A DNA stretch of 64,000 nucleotides from Calditrichia bacterium (GTDB lineage: Bacteria > Calditrichota > Calditrichia > JAJRVZ01), in the NCBI GenBank assembly GCA_963796965.1, contig CAWCNS010000009.1, positions 256,001-320,000 of the forward strand, written 5' to 3'. Below, piece by piece: positions 20,653-32,735 of this stretch. The notes beneath the pieces were generated by a model. The model had not been told where the DNA came from. It did not search any database and saw only the letters and a program-made list of their open reading frames with translations. Made by a program: the position numbers and the translations under genes. Position 1 is the stretch's first letter, and each line of letters opens with the position of its first letter.

Positions 20653-21585
20653 ATGAAACTTTCCGGAATTATTGCAGCAGCACTTACGCCTCTAAACAAC
20701 AATGGTGAGGATCTTGCTGAAAACCAGAAATTTGAACAGTACTATAAATTTCTACTCGAACGAGAAATAAATGGTCTTCTTATAGGTGGAACCACAGGAG
20801 AAGGACCGATTCTATCCCTTCAGGAACGTAAGCACGTTGCCGGGTTAGCCGTTTCAATCGTTGCTAACCAAATTCCCGTTATCATACACGCTGGATGCAA
20901 TTCGACCATTGAAACCATCGAACTTGCTCAACATGCAAAATCCATGCGCGCGGATGGGATCGCGGTGATCAGTCCCTATTTTTACACGTATGACTCTCAA
21001 GCGAACTTTAACCATTTTCGTCGCGTTGCCGATAGTGTACCTGGCTTACCTGTCTATCTATATCATTTACCTTCGTTTACGCATAATGATATTCCGTCTG
21101 CGTTAATACCCAAGCTTTTCGAAGCCTGTCCAAATATTGTTGGAATCAAGCACAGTGACGATGACCAGACGCGCCTGCAGGAATACCGCCAGGTTGCCGG
21201 GGAGGATTTCTGCATTCTGAGCGGGGATGACTCAGTAGCCTTGACGGCCCTCTCTAATAGTGCAAATGGTTGCGTTAGTGGAAAGTCATCAACCTTCCCC
21301 GAGATGATGGTCGCTATTTACCAGGCATTTAAATCCGGAGACCTGATTAAGGCCCGTAAACTGCAATCAAATCTTAATACGCTACTTGGCGGGTTATTGG
21401 ATAGTGAAGTTGGCACAGATTTAGCCTATTTTAAATCAGCCTTACGCTACCGTGGCCTTGATGTCGGTGGTTTGCGTTCACCGCAACGGACCCTTACCAG
21501 GGATGAAGAAAAGATTTTATTCTCCGGATTGGACAAACTAAAAACGATCAGTAATCCGGCAGATAGCTGGCTTTTCCCGGATTAA
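20653..21585 (+). CDS. DHDPS/N-acetylneuraminate-lyase family class I aldolase
   Basis: GGTTGE motif, catalytic Tyr (YLYHLP) and Schiff-base Lys (GIKHS), LSGDD. Confidence 0.88.
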   Translation: MKLSGIIAAALTPLNNNGEDLAENQKFEQYYKFLLEREINGLLIGGTTGEGPILSLQERKHVAGLAVSIVANQIPVIIHAGCNSTIETIELAQHAKSMRADGIAVISPYFYTYDSQANFNHFRRVADSVPGLPVYLYHLPSFTHNDIPSALIPKLFEACPNIVGIKHSDDDQTRLQEYRQVAGEDFCILSGDDSVALTALSNSANGCVSGKSSTFPEMMVAIYQAFKSGDLIKARKLQSNLNTLLGGLLDSEVGTDLAYFKSALRYRGLDVGGLRSPQRTLTRDEEKILFSGLDKLKTISNPADSWLFPD

Positions 21586-21699
21586 TTAGATCGGATAATT
21601 AATCTCACGCAGAGATACAAATAAGAGCAAAGATTAAAGATTAAAGATTAAAGAAAAATACTTAAGAAATTTTCGTCCATTTTTAAATAACCTATAATC

Positions 21700-21790
21700 G
21701 AATTCCCCCTTTGAAGGGGGTTAGGGGGATGTAATTAAATAACTTAGAGCAAAAAACATCCCCCTTAGTCCCCCTTTCCAAGGGGGAAAC
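21700..21790. repeat. REP-like CCCCCTT..AAGGGGG double palindrome (interior of the MITE family)
   Basis: ttccccctttgaagggggttagggggatg...catcccccttagtccccctttccaaggggga, which is the reverse complement of the 42534-42620 core. Confidence 0.75.
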
Positions 21791-21887
21791 AGATTTGAGC
21801 AACAATGACACATTATCAAATCTACCAAAATTTGGATTTTGTCATTTGTAAATTGAAATTTATAAACAGGGATTAAAGATTACCAAT

Positions 21888-22889
21888 ATGAATAACATCG
21901 ACAAATTGCTTCATGAGATTCAAAACGAGAATTCGGTATGTGTCATTGGAAACCTGAATGTCGATTTGATTATCCGTAATGTGCCCCATCTTCCAAAATG
22001 GGGGCAGGAAGTGTTGGGAACCGATCAGGTATTAGTTTCTTCGGGACAGGCCGGTTATCTGGCCTTTGCCTTGAGTCGTCTTGGCGTGTCTGCAAGCCTG
22101 ATAGGCAATATTGGTCAAGATTTGTACGGCGACCAAATTCTCTCTGATCTTCGTCGTTTCGACCTGGATATATCAGGCGTCGAGATAAATCCCAACTACC
22201 CCACCGGGATCGCCGTGGCAATCGTTCGCCCGGACGGCGAAAGGGCTTTTGTGACAAATTTAGGTTCCATGGCTGTTTTCGAAAAGCGAAATATCGAACA
22301 GCACTGGAACGTGCTTCGTAAGTCAAGTCTGGTTACTCTGGTGGGTTTATTCATGCTCCCTGGTTTGGGAATTGATGGGGCAATCGATTTTATGTCCCGT
22401 GCTCATAAAGAAGGTAAAGTGACCATGCTCGACACAGGTTGGGATCCGGATAACTGGCCCGATAATACAATCCGCGGCATGAGGCGTTTGCTGCAGGAAG
22501 TACGTCTCTTCTTACCCAATCTTGATGAGGCACGAGCTATCACGGGTGAAAAGACAGTTGAAAAAGCATTAGACCAGATTCAATTGATGGGCCCAGAATT
22601 GGTTATTATCAAATGTGGCGCGGAAGGGAGTTTTACCCGCATCAACAATAAAACAATCCATGTCGAGGCCAGACCGGTATCCGTCTTCGATGCTGTGGGG
22701 GCCGGTGATGTTTTTAACGCTGGCTTGATAACCGCACTCCGCTGGGGATGGCCTATCGAAGCCTGTATGGGTTTCGGTAATACGGCCTCATCATTGTATA
22801 TTTCCCGTTCTGAAGATCGGTTTCCTAAACTTGAGGAAGTTATATCAACTGCCAGATCAACCTATTCCTTTATCCCGGATACCCCATAA
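21888..22889 (+). CDS. PfkB family carbohydrate kinase
   Basis: GNLNVD, PNLDEA, IIKCGAEGS, DAVGAGDVFNAG. Confidence 0.92.
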   Translation: MNNIDKLLHEIQNENSVCVIGNLNVDLIIRNVPHLPKWGQEVLGTDQVLVSSGQAGYLAFALSRLGVSASLIGNIGQDLYGDQILSDLRRFDLDISGVEINPNYPTGIAVAIVRPDGERAFVTNLGSMAVFEKRNIEQHWNVLRKSSLVTLVGLFMLPGLGIDGAIDFMSRAHKEGKVTMLDTGWDPDNWPDNTIRGMRRLLQEVRLFLPNLDEARAITGEKTVEKALDQIQLMGPELVIIKCGAEGSFTRINNKTIHVEARPVSVFDAVGAGDVFNAGLITALRWGWPIEACMGFGNTASSLYISRSEDRFPKLEEVISTARSTYSFIPDTP

Positions 22890-22908
22890 TTTTAAATCTG
22901 GTATAAAG

Positions 22909-22978
22909 GTCACTCTGAACTTTATTCGGAATCTCTTAATAATCAATCACTTAGATCCTGAAACAAGTTCAGGATGAT
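22909..22978. repeat. REP-like GTCA..GAAC..TTC.GAATC family inverted pair
   Basis: gtcactctgaactttattcggaatct...agatcctgaaacaagttcaggatga. Relatives near 17495-17518, 34098-34170, 44636-44690 and 53968-53993. Confidence 0.65.
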
Positions 22979-23068
22979 ATAGTGGTTAACACAATATATG
23001 TTCATATTTTAAGCTCGATAATCTGTAAACACCCAGGTAGGATATGACACTAAAATATTAGGAGGAAC

Positions 23069-23917
23069 ATGATAGACATTCATACACATCCCGTAATGAT
23101 TAAAGAATTGTTCGAAAACGATTCCGAGCTTGAGAGGAATATCAACCAGGTGTTTGGATTCCATTTCCCCCCCCAATCCCTTCAGAATTTCACTCTGGAG
23201 TTAGACGCTGCGGGCGTGAGCCAGGCCGTATTACTACCCATTGATACGACCTCGGCGCACGGTTGTAAGATCGTGTCAAACGATCAGGTCGCGAAGCTGG
23301 TTGATGCTGACAGCCACTTTATCGGATTCGCCTCTGTCGATCCAAATCTCCCCGAGGCCCCCCGGGATCTTGAACATGCTGTTCTGAATCTCGGTTTGCG
23401 GGGATTGAAATTAGATCCGTCCTTGCAACAATTCTATCCAAATGATCCTGCTACTGCCTTCCCCGTTTACGAAGCATGTCAGACATTGGGAATTCCGGTA
23501 CTGCTCCATTGTGGGATGAGTTGGGTACCTCAGGCTCTGGCGAAATTTTCTCAGCCATTACTCCTGGAAGAAACCGTACAATCCTTTCCAGGTGTAAATT
23601 TCATTCTCGCTCACTTTGGTTGGCCTTGGGTAAATGAGGCTCAAATGCTTGCGATAAAGTATCCCAACGTGTATCTGGATACAGCGATACTGTATAGCGG
23701 TACCCCAGGGAATGCGATGCAGCGGGTTATCGGTCAACAAGTGGGACTTGAAGTTGTCGAACGCAGCCTCGCAAATAAAATTCTTTTCGGGTCTAACTAC
23801 CCGCGTGTAGATATTCGCCGTTCCGTGAGCGGTTTGAAAGCCCTGGATCTGGCACCCCGAACAAAAAACGCAATCCTGGATGGAAACGCCCGGAAAATCC
23901 TCAAACTGGAGGCCTAA
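23069..23917 (+). CDS. Amidohydrolase family 2 (TIM-barrel metallo-hydrolase/decarboxylase)
   Basis: IDIHTH, GLKL, LLHCG, LAHFGWPW, LFGSNYP (Asn where Asp is usual). Confidence 0.88.
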   Translation: MIDIHTHPVMIKELFENDSELERNINQVFGFHFPPQSLQNFTLELDAAGVSQAVLLPIDTTSAHGCKIVSNDQVAKLVDADSHFIGFASVDPNLPEAPRDLEHAVLNLGLRGLKLDPSLQQFYPNDPATAFPVYEACQTLGIPVLLHCGMSWVPQALAKFSQPLLLEETVQSFPGVNFILAHFGWPWVNEAQMLAIKYPNVYLDTAILYSGTPGNAMQRVIGQQVGLEVVERSLANKILFGSNYPRVDIRRSVSGLKALDLAPRTKNAILDGNARKILKLEA

Positions 23918-23919
23918 AT

Positions 23920-24351
23920 ATGCAATCACTCATCCACCGTCTGAACATACAAACATATAAAGAAACAGAGTTAATCAATATTACAGAACAGGTAAAGGAT
24001 TTGGTCAGGGAATCAGGTGTTCAATCCGGGACCGTATTCATACTTAGTATGCACACAACAACTGGCGTGACTGTCAATGAAGGGATACCGGATTTGGAGA
24101 CAGATATCGAGGATTATCTTTATCGAGCGGTTTCTGATTCACAAAATTATTATCATGCCCGATATTTACCTTCCGATGGTCAAATGGCCGTTAATGCAAC
24201 CTCACACTTGCGGGGTATGCTTTTAGGTTTCCAAACTTTCTTTCCGATCGAGAAGGGGGAAATGATTTGCGGATCACGGCAAACGATCTATCTCGTGGAA
24301 TTAGATGGTCCACAATTCAGAGATTATGTTGTCCAAATTTTAGGCGTGTGA
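23920..24351 (+). CDS. yjbQ: YjbQ/UPF0047 family protein
   Basis: HTTTGVTVNE, NATSHLRG, GSRQTIYLVELDGP. Confidence 0.88.
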   Translation: MQSLIHRLNIQTYKETELINITEQVKDLVRESGVQSGTVFILSMHTTTGVTVNEGIPDLETDIEDYLYRAVSDSQNYYHARYLPSDGQMAVNATSHLRGMLLGFQTFFPIEKGEMICGSRQTIYLVELDGPQFRDYVVQILGV

Positions 24352-24663
24352 CATAACGATCATAAAAAAGATTATAAAAAGCCCATACGTAAAAGGACTT
24401 GCCACCATAAGGTTGGGCAAGAATTTAGGTGACAAGTTGGGCTGTATTGGCTACCCAGAAACAAAATAAATCACCTATGGGATAAACCAATCTGTAAAAT
24501 GAGATTGCGAGCTTCAATGAATAAAAATGCGCAGCATCTGTCATCCTAAGCGGAGACAAAGGATAGGTGATTTTGACTGTATCCCGATTGTATCGGGATT
24601 ACCATTTTGTAATAATCATTTTAAAGGGCAATGATCACCCCTATCTCCTTCAGATCAGCCAGC

Positions 24664-27600
24664 TCACGATGAGGTCGTATCCAATGAATACCGTTTTTGA
24701 TAAGTTCGTTTTCCATTCACGACCCAATAGAGACCTGGAATCACTAAAAGCGAGAGCAACATCGACAGGCTCATGCCACCGATCATAGAGATGGCCAGGG
24801 GTTGCAGCATTTCCGAGCCTTCGCCGAAAGCGATAGCCAATGGTAAAAACCCAAAAATTGTCACTAATGTCGTCATTAAGATTGGACGCAGGCGCACACG
24901 CCCGGCCATGAGTAGCGCTTCAGTGACGTCTGGTTTTTCCTGCAAATACTTTTTCCGCATAGTCAATGAACAGGATTCCGTTATTGACAACAACTCCTAT
25001 GATCATGATCATACCCATAAACGCAGAGATGTCCAGCGGGATATTCGTAATCCACAGCATCAGAAAAACACCACTAACTGAGAGCACGGTTCCCATCAGA
25101 ATAATGCCGGAAGTGCGAAAAGATTTGAATTCAAACAACAGGATCGCAAAAACAAGTAAGACACCAAAGGCAAGGATGAGCAGCAACTCATGAAAAGCGC
25201 GTTGCTGGCTTTCATATTGTCCACCGATGTTGACAGTGACACCCGGTGGTAGCGGGATTTGCGCCAGCATGACTCTAACGTCCTTAATAATGCTTCCCAG
25301 GTCGCGACCGGATATATGTGCTTTGATATTGACCACCTGACTGAGATTCTCATGGTCAATATCGGTTTTACCTGGCCGTTTTTGAATGTCCGCCACCTCT
25401 TCCAGTAGCAGCACCCGGTCAATAGAAGCCAGATACAGGGGTAACTTACCGATATTTTCGAAATGGATGATAATCCGCTTTAGGATAACGCACGCGCACT
25501 GGGATCATTTTCAATCCTTCCATCATGCTGGTGGGTACATCACCCCATAACGCCATGTGTACCGCCTGGTTCACTTCATCTGCAGTCAATCCATAGCGGC
25601 TAGCCACCTGCGGATACACACGTATGATTAACTCAGGTTCGCCACGGAAATAGCCCTTATAGACATCAACTGCACCCTCCACCCTTTCCAGAGAGTCAGC
25701 AATCTGTTCGGCAACCTGCTGAATGATAGGCAGGTTCTTTCCGAAAACTTTAATAACGATGGGGGCAATTTCACCACTGAGATCGTTGAGTCTGTCCGGT
25801 AACACTTGAAACAGTTCCGGTTCCAGCCGCGGTTCGTACCTCTCGTCAAATTTGCGTAGCATGTCCATAATTTCAAAGGAAGAGTGCTTGTGCCCCTTTT
25901 TTAGACTAATAACAAAATCACCATCATTAGCGTGTGTGCGTGGATGTGCCAGACTGCGGCCAGTCCGCAGGGAGTAGGTCTCCACATCTGGGATGGTCAT
26001 GATATATTCGGCAATGCTTTTCAACATACTCTTAGTGCCTTCGATGGAACTACCCGGTGGGGCCAGGTAATCATGCACAATCTTGCCTTCGTCCCTTCGG
26101 TAGAAAGCCACTGGGGATGCGCATGTATGAAAAAAGTGCAATAATGGTAAATACTAAACTCAAAATCCATATAATAAACGGCCGCTTCATGTATTATTTT
26201 AATCCTTTGTTAATACCAACAATATGAGAGTATAAACCGGCCGGGCTCTTTCTTCTTTGTCGATATAAAAATTACGGCCAAAGCCGGGGTCAGAAAAACT
26301 GCCAGCAACATCGAGACAAAAATAGCGATTGCCAGCGTCGAGGCAAGAGCACGGAAAAATATGCCAGGTACACCGGTCAGAAAAATTAATGGTACGAAAA
26401 CCACTAGTGTTGTTAATGTGGCACCCAGAAGGGGTGGAATGATCTCGCTGGTCGCTTGTATTACCGCCTCCCTGCGCGGAAAACCATTCTCAAGATACCG
26501 CTCGACATTTTCCACTACTACAATGGCATTGTCTATTAGAATACCGATCGCTGCAGCTATTCCACCGAGGCTCATTAGATTTAGATTTGCTCCTAACAGT
26601 TTAATGAAAATAAAGGTAATCAACGGAGCAACGGGTATGATTGCAGCCGTTACCAATGTGATGCGGATACGTCGCAGAAAAAGAAACAGGATGAGTATGG
26701 TGAGAAATGCTCCCAATAATATCGCATCGCGAACGCTGGCAATGGATCGGCGGATAAAGTCAGTCATGTCATACCACTTTTTCACCCGTACATTCGTGGG
26801 CAACACTTTTTGTAGATCCTTCCATCGATTTTCCACCTCCTGCATAATGCCAACAGCATTGGTGCCCTGCTGCTTGATCACCGTAATCAGTACCGCCGGC
26901 TTGAGATCGCTTTCACAGGCAAGAAACGTTTCCTTTAATGCTGGTTCAATGGTTGCAATATCAGACAGGAAAATTGGTGTAGCATCCCTCTGCGCGACGA
27001 TAGTCTTTTTGATATCATCGATCTTCAGGAAACGGTTGTCGGCAATGTTAAGGTAGAGCTTCTTCGATTCATTAAGCCGTCCCAAATATTTTAAGGAATT
27101 CGATTTTTGCAGTGCTTCTTCAATTTGCCGGTAATCCAGTTTAAGTGCCACCAATTTGTGCGGATCTAAATTTATCCAATATTCCCGCTCCTTACCGCCC
27201 ATCACCTCAACATTAAAAATACCGGGGATGCTGGCCAGTTGCGGGCGAATAGTGTAAATCGCCAGATCGCGTAATTGAAGGAGATCGAGTTTTTCCGATG
27301 TCAGACTGTAACCGGCTACCGGATAAGTACTGGTAGTGAAACGGCGCACCTCTAATTGTAGGCCTTTGGGAAGTTGATTCTGAATGCCGCTGATCTGTGC
27401 CTGCACCAGTTGATAGGCGCGAAACATATCCTGGTCCCATTCGAAATCGATGTTGATTTCTGCGGAACCGCGACTGATGGAGGCGCGTACAAGACGTACA
27501 CCTTCCACCATCATGGCGGCTTCTTCGATCGGTTTGGCGATTTCCATTTCCATTTCTTTTAACGGCGCAAGACCGTAATCTGCCATCACAGCGATACGGG

Positions 27601-27730
27601 GGAATGTCGCGTCAGGAAAGACGCCCTGAGGTATTTCAAAAATCAGATATAAACCAATAAGAGACAAGAGAAGGGCCGTAAAAACCATGGCCCCTTTGTT
27701 CTCGACGGCAAAGCGGGAGAATCCACTCAT
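24664..27730 (-). CDS. RND efflux permease (CusA/CzcA/AcrB family), full-length span broken by about 4 frameshifts
   Basis: Fragments 26210..27730, 25446..26141, 24920..25414 and 24664..24993: NLMSLGGIAAAIGILIDNAIVVVENV, GVVVNNGIL, RLRPILMT, LQPLAI. Span of ~3.07 kb fits a ~1020-aa protein. Confidence 0.88.
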
Positions 27731-28643
27731 TCGACGATCACCTCCATCCCATCCATAAGCGAATAAGATTTATGCGTGGCCACACGCTCGCCTTCTGTCA
27801 ATCCGGAAAGCACCTCCACGTGATCATTGTCAAGTATACCGAGCACCAGGTAACGTTTTTCTACCGTATTTCCTTCTACAACAAATGAACTGTAAATGCC
27901 TTCCTCTTCCAGTAGGGCTGCACGTGGTATGACCATGGTTTTTTTGTGCACTTGTCCGGGAAAAATAGAGCTCGACTTGCATGCCTGGCCTGAATTCGCC
28001 ACTTCGATTGTCCAATCCCAACCGAATAGCCACCGTTTGCTTGGCTTTGTGAACACTACTACCGATTGCCTCAATGGGTAGCGGTATCGGAGCATGTGGA
28101 TAGTCTATAAATACGACATTGATAGATCTCAATTTTTTCACGATTGGCAGGGTACGCAGGGGAAGATCACCATAAATATCCAATTGACGCAAGTCGCCAA
28201 TATGTACAAAGGGTTCGCCCTTTTGAAGAACATCCCCGTTGTGGTGGTGTACTTCCATCGCCACTCCATTTATTGGGCTAACCAGCGGAATTGATTTGAT
28301 CTGCTGTTCGAGCATTGGGCGCATGGTAACATCAATCTGGTTCATTACATGTGAAGGGCTTCACGTTGTGGAGGGATATTCAGGCCAATCTGGTCATTCT
28401 TTTTAACACGATCGCCAAGGAGTAATGAAAATTCGGTCAAGCGACCGTCGAACTGTGATGCCAAAAGCGCCTCCTGCCGTAGTTTGACCTCGCCGTATAT
28501 ACACAACGTATCTACCATATCCATGCGTACAACCGCTGCTGATTTAATGCTTAATTGAGGATCTACGGTTTCTGTGGAGGGAGACTCGGATTTTTAGGCA
28601 AGAAATAAAGATAAGGATTGATAAAAGAACTAAATGTTTTCAT
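27727..28643 (-). pseudogene. RND periplasmic adaptor (membrane fusion protein), multiply frameshifted
   Basis: LVSPINGVAMEV..GDVLQKGEP, FRPGMQVE, VIPRAALLEE, VEVLSGLTEGERV. ATG 28643 after GAGG; stop overlaps the permease start. Confidence 0.75.
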
Positions 28644-28674
28644 CACAACCTCTGAATCGCGCCGTTACATGTCA

Positions 28675-29873
28675 TTATATGATATTAAAATTCATAATAG
28701 TTAATTGTGTTTTTATGGCTATATGTAATTCTTTTAACAGTTGCTGTGCGGAGAGATGATCCAAGTTAGTCATGAATTCGCTCTGGTAATTTGCATCAGC
28801 AAACGGAAACCTCGTTTCTGCAGTTTTCAATCGATTCTCTTGCATTGATAATACGTTCTTTAATTTTTTTAAATTTTGCAGAATCTTTTGTACATGTATG
28901 GTCAATTCCTGCTCCACATCCATTTTATGTTCTTCGACTGAACGAATAATTGCTTCTGATTTCTGCCGCTGGAATTTAGTAACACCTCACCTAAAAAGGG
29001 GTAGGTTAATGCCGGCATCCACGCGCCAGTAATTACCATCACCGGTGGGATCGCCATCTAAAAGATCGCCACTAGCCAAATGAAGGTGTGGTATCTGCTG
29101 TGCCGCCACAGCCTTTCGGCGAACCTTTTCTGCATTGATGCGGAAAGATAATGCCTGCATAAACGGATGTTCAGCCAAAAAATTTTCGTCAATCTCAGGC
29201 AAAGGCCTGGCAAATATTAAGCAACAAAGGAGAAAACTTAGGATCTCAAAAATTCCCACAATGAGTGGGATATTTTCTGTTAAAGGCTCTCTGCTTTATA
29301 TCTAACACGGCTATTTGTTCCTGAAGTTGCCACATCTCTGTTTCAGTTTGTAGTACATATAACTGAGTTTGGGCACTGATTGCCACAACGCTTCGGCTAC
29401 ATTATGGTGAGAGGTTAAAAGTTCAAGTCTTTTTTTCAGCACTATGTACTGGGTTTGTTTTTGCAAAATGTTTATATACAGAGAAGTGGCACGTTGCGAA
29501 ACTTCCAATCTGGTTTGTTCTAATTGTGCCTTCGCTGTCAGGGCATACTGTGGGGCGGTCTGGGGGCTTTTCAGGAAGAAATTACTAAGTGACCAGTCAG
29601 CATGGACTAATGCGCAGCTTTGCCTAAAACTATATGGTACCAGATAGCGTTGCTCACGGACAACTCTCGGGAAAATTGCGGCAGAGCTAGGGAATGCTCA
29701 GTCTTAAAGCCAATTTATTCCGCTTCAGCTAACTGTGTTTCAGATTTAAGCAAATCACTGTTCTGCTGTGCACGATATAGACATTCCTGGATGTGTAGTG
29801 ATGATGAGAATAGAAATATATGAATGCCAAATATGATTAATGGACAAACAAAAATGAAAGGATTACGACTCAT
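28675..29873 (-). pseudogene. TolC-family outer-membrane efflux protein, heavily fragmented
   Basis: Short in-order fragments (AELKLA..SIP, EVSQRATSLYINILQ, GINLPLF, ADANYQSEFMTNLDHLSAQQ) upstream of the adaptor. Confidence 0.7.
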
Positions 29874-29884
29874 GTTGTTTCCTA

Positions 29885-30623
29885 TTTTTTTTCTGTTTCA
29901 ACTTTAGATTATCAAAGCAGGTCACGCATCTGCTTTGGTCCAAAGGCAGACTTTCTCGGATGTAAATGTATTGTCGGTTACGTCTAGGTACAGTTTGCCA
30001 TTATAACAGCACTGGATATGATTACTCACATTTTTGACTAGGAGTGAATGCCAAACGTTGCTGGGGATTTCAACATTGGAACTCTGTAACTGTTTACGGT
30101 TACTATCTACCACTTTGTACACACGGAAATTACTTTCTAAGTGGATTCACACGGCAAATGTAATAATTATCAGCATATGATAGCGCACACGGTACGCACC
30201 TGATCTTCCTGACCATGTAAACATCTAAATCACATATCGAAATTAGTCTCTGTAACGCGACATTAAAATGATAGCCGGTATACTCTTGGCTGGTCTGGGC
30301 AAATACATTAGGTTGACTGGGGGCAGTGGGATAAGCTATAACAGACGAGCTGCGAAGGCCACGCTTTGCGGTCTTTTGGCTGCTCCAACGATTGGGAAAC
30401 GCCCCGACAGGGTTTTTATCAAAACTGAAAAACAGATCTTTGCGATTCATTTTTCCTTCTACACCTGTATTATTTTACGATGAGGGGTGCGGGTTGCCAC
30501 TGCCTGGGCAGTCTTCGCCGCTAATTGCGTCTCGGATGACGGTTCTTGACTACAGGCTGTCATTGTTATAAACGCAATAAAGATGGCCATAATCTTCAAT
30601 AAAAATGTTTTTTTTATGAACAT
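29885..30623 (-). pseudogene. Lipoprotein with ConA-like/DUF1080-type beta-sandwich, decayed
   Basis: Leader with TAC lipobox. Fragments APSQPNVFAQTS, DNYYICRVNPL, YKVVDSNRKQLQS, YLDVTDNTF..KVCLWTKADA across several frames. Confidence 0.6.
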
Positions 30624-30730
30624 TTTGCACCTTACTTGTTAGATATTTATTACTATATAAATAGCAGATAGAAAGATCTGGGAATTACACGAATTCACAC
30701 TTAGAAGGGACTGTTGCAGTTTAGGTTTTA

Positions 30731-32620
30731 TTACCCTAAACTTTCCAATTCCTCCCATCGGGAATACGCCTTTTCCAAATCAGACTCTACTTTTTTTAGA
30801 AAATCTTTGTCTTTTTAACTTCCTCATGATTTTTATAGAAATCGGGATCAGACATTTTTGCATGAAGTGCGGCAATCTCTGTTTCCAGTTTTTCAATGAT
30901 AGCCGGAAGTGCCTCCAGCTCTTTGGAATCTTTAAAGGAAAGTTTAAATTTCGTTTGGCCTTTTTTTCCTGCTGGTAGGCTTCTTTTTTGCTTTGTTTCG
31001 GAATTGTTTCTGTATGATCAGATAAAGATTTAGACTGCTGTATCCAATCATCATAACCGCCAATGAACTCCTTTACCGATCCATTTTCTCCAAAAGCATA
31101 GATACTGGTAACGACATTATTTAAAAATTCCCGGTCATGGGAGATGAGCAGCAGTGTGCCTTTAAAATTTATCAGAAGTTCTTCAAGCAACTCCAATGTT
31201 TCGGCATCAAGATCATTGGTGGGCTCATCCAGCACTAAAAAATTAGCCGGTTGTGTAAATAATTTTGCCAACAATAGCCTGTTTCGCTCGCCTCCGGAAA
31301 GATTCTTAATTGATGTTTTAGCCCGTTCCGGTGTAAAAAGAAAATTCTGTAAATAGGTGATAATATGAATCGACCTATCTTCGAAAATGACCATTTCGCC
31401 ATTGGGTAAAACATTCTCCCATACTGTTTTACTCTCATCCAGTTGCCCGCGCAATTGATCAAAATAGGTGATCGTTAAATTGCTGCCATGGGTAACCGTT
31501 CCTGAAAAACTGGTAATCTTTTTAAGCAGAATATTTGCCAATGTGGTTTTGCCACAGCCATTGGGTCCAATAATACCAATTTTATCACCTCTTGAAATCC
31601 GCGCATTAAAATCTTGAATCAAAGGATTTTCCTCATAACTGTATGAAATATTGCGGGCCTCAATGACATATTTTCCCGAAAGACCGGCTCCTGATACCTG
31701 AATATTTGCTGTGCCTTCTTTTTGGCGGCGTGCCTGGCGTTCTTCACGCATTTTTTTTAAGGCCCTTACACGCCCCTCATTTCTTGTACGGCGTGCCTTA
31801 ATACCTTTACGGATCCATGTTTCTTCCTGCGAAAGTTTTTTATCAAATTCTTTCCACTCTTTTTCTTCTGCACCCAATACCGCCCGTTTTCTTTTTAAGA
31901 AGGTCTCGTAGTCGCAGGACCAGTCCGCCAATTTACCCCTGTCTAATTCGATAATGCGTGTGGCTAAGCGCTTTAACAGCATCCGGTCATGGGTTACAAA
32001 AAGCAGGGTAATCTTCTGGCGCACCAGGAATTCTTCCATCCAAATAATAGAATCAATATCCAGATGATTGGTCGGTTCATCTAATAATAACAGATCAGGC
32101 TTTGATACCAGGGCGGCCGCCAGCATCACTCTTCGTTTCTGTCCACCGGATAGAGTGTTGTATTGACAATCGGCGGGCAAAGCCATGCGTGAAAGAATCT
32201 GATTAATCTCCTCAACAGCTCCCCAGGCATTATGCGCATCTATCTCGTCATGAAGTTCGTTATAGGCCTGATGATCGCCGTCCGGATTCTCCGCAAGGCG
32301 TATTTCTTCCAAGATGATATTTCTCCAGAAGTTCACCCTGGATCCCCAATCCTTTGGCAACAATATGAAACACCGTACTATCCAAATCCTCCGGAATTTC
32401 CTGACTAAAATAGGAGATGCGGGTTGTCTGTCCTTTTTGAACCAGACCCTCATCAGGTAGAATTTCCCCCGCCAAAATTTTCATCAGGGTGGATTTGCCG
32501 CTACCATTTCTGCCCAGCAGGCAGATGCGTTGACTACTTTTCAATCTGCAAACTTATAGAATCAAGTACAAGAGGACCACCGAAATGAATGTTAATATTT
32601 TGTAAGGCGATTAAGGACAT
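30731..32620 (-). CDS. uup: ABC-F family ATPase Uup; several frameshifts
   Basis: GRNGSGKST, LSGGQKRR, LLLDEPTNHLD, KARRTRNEGRVRALK, GPNGCGKTT, LSGGERNRLLLA. C-terminus ...LEKAYSRWEELESLG* in another frame ends at 30731. Confidence 0.9.
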
Positions 32621-32735
32621 TTTCCCTAAGAGTTAATCTGTTAATGATGGGTCATTATTACCACACCCTGTGCACCAGGGATCAAATTTATTCATAATTC
32701 TCATTAAATACTTAAAATAAATATAATGAACCTTA

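Noticed and set aside
26361..27056. Long antisense ORFs (also 2157..2774, 9737..10234 and others)
   Set aside because: Shadows of well-supported genes on the opposite strand.
29922..29924. Second Sec candidate after WTKADA
   Set aside because: The family-like continuation (VTCFDNLK) is in another frame, so this TGA results from an indel.
24664..32620. Programmed ribosomal frameshifting in the RND genes or uup
   Set aside because: Breaks are numerous, scattered and in families not known for recoding; sequencing error or decay is simpler.
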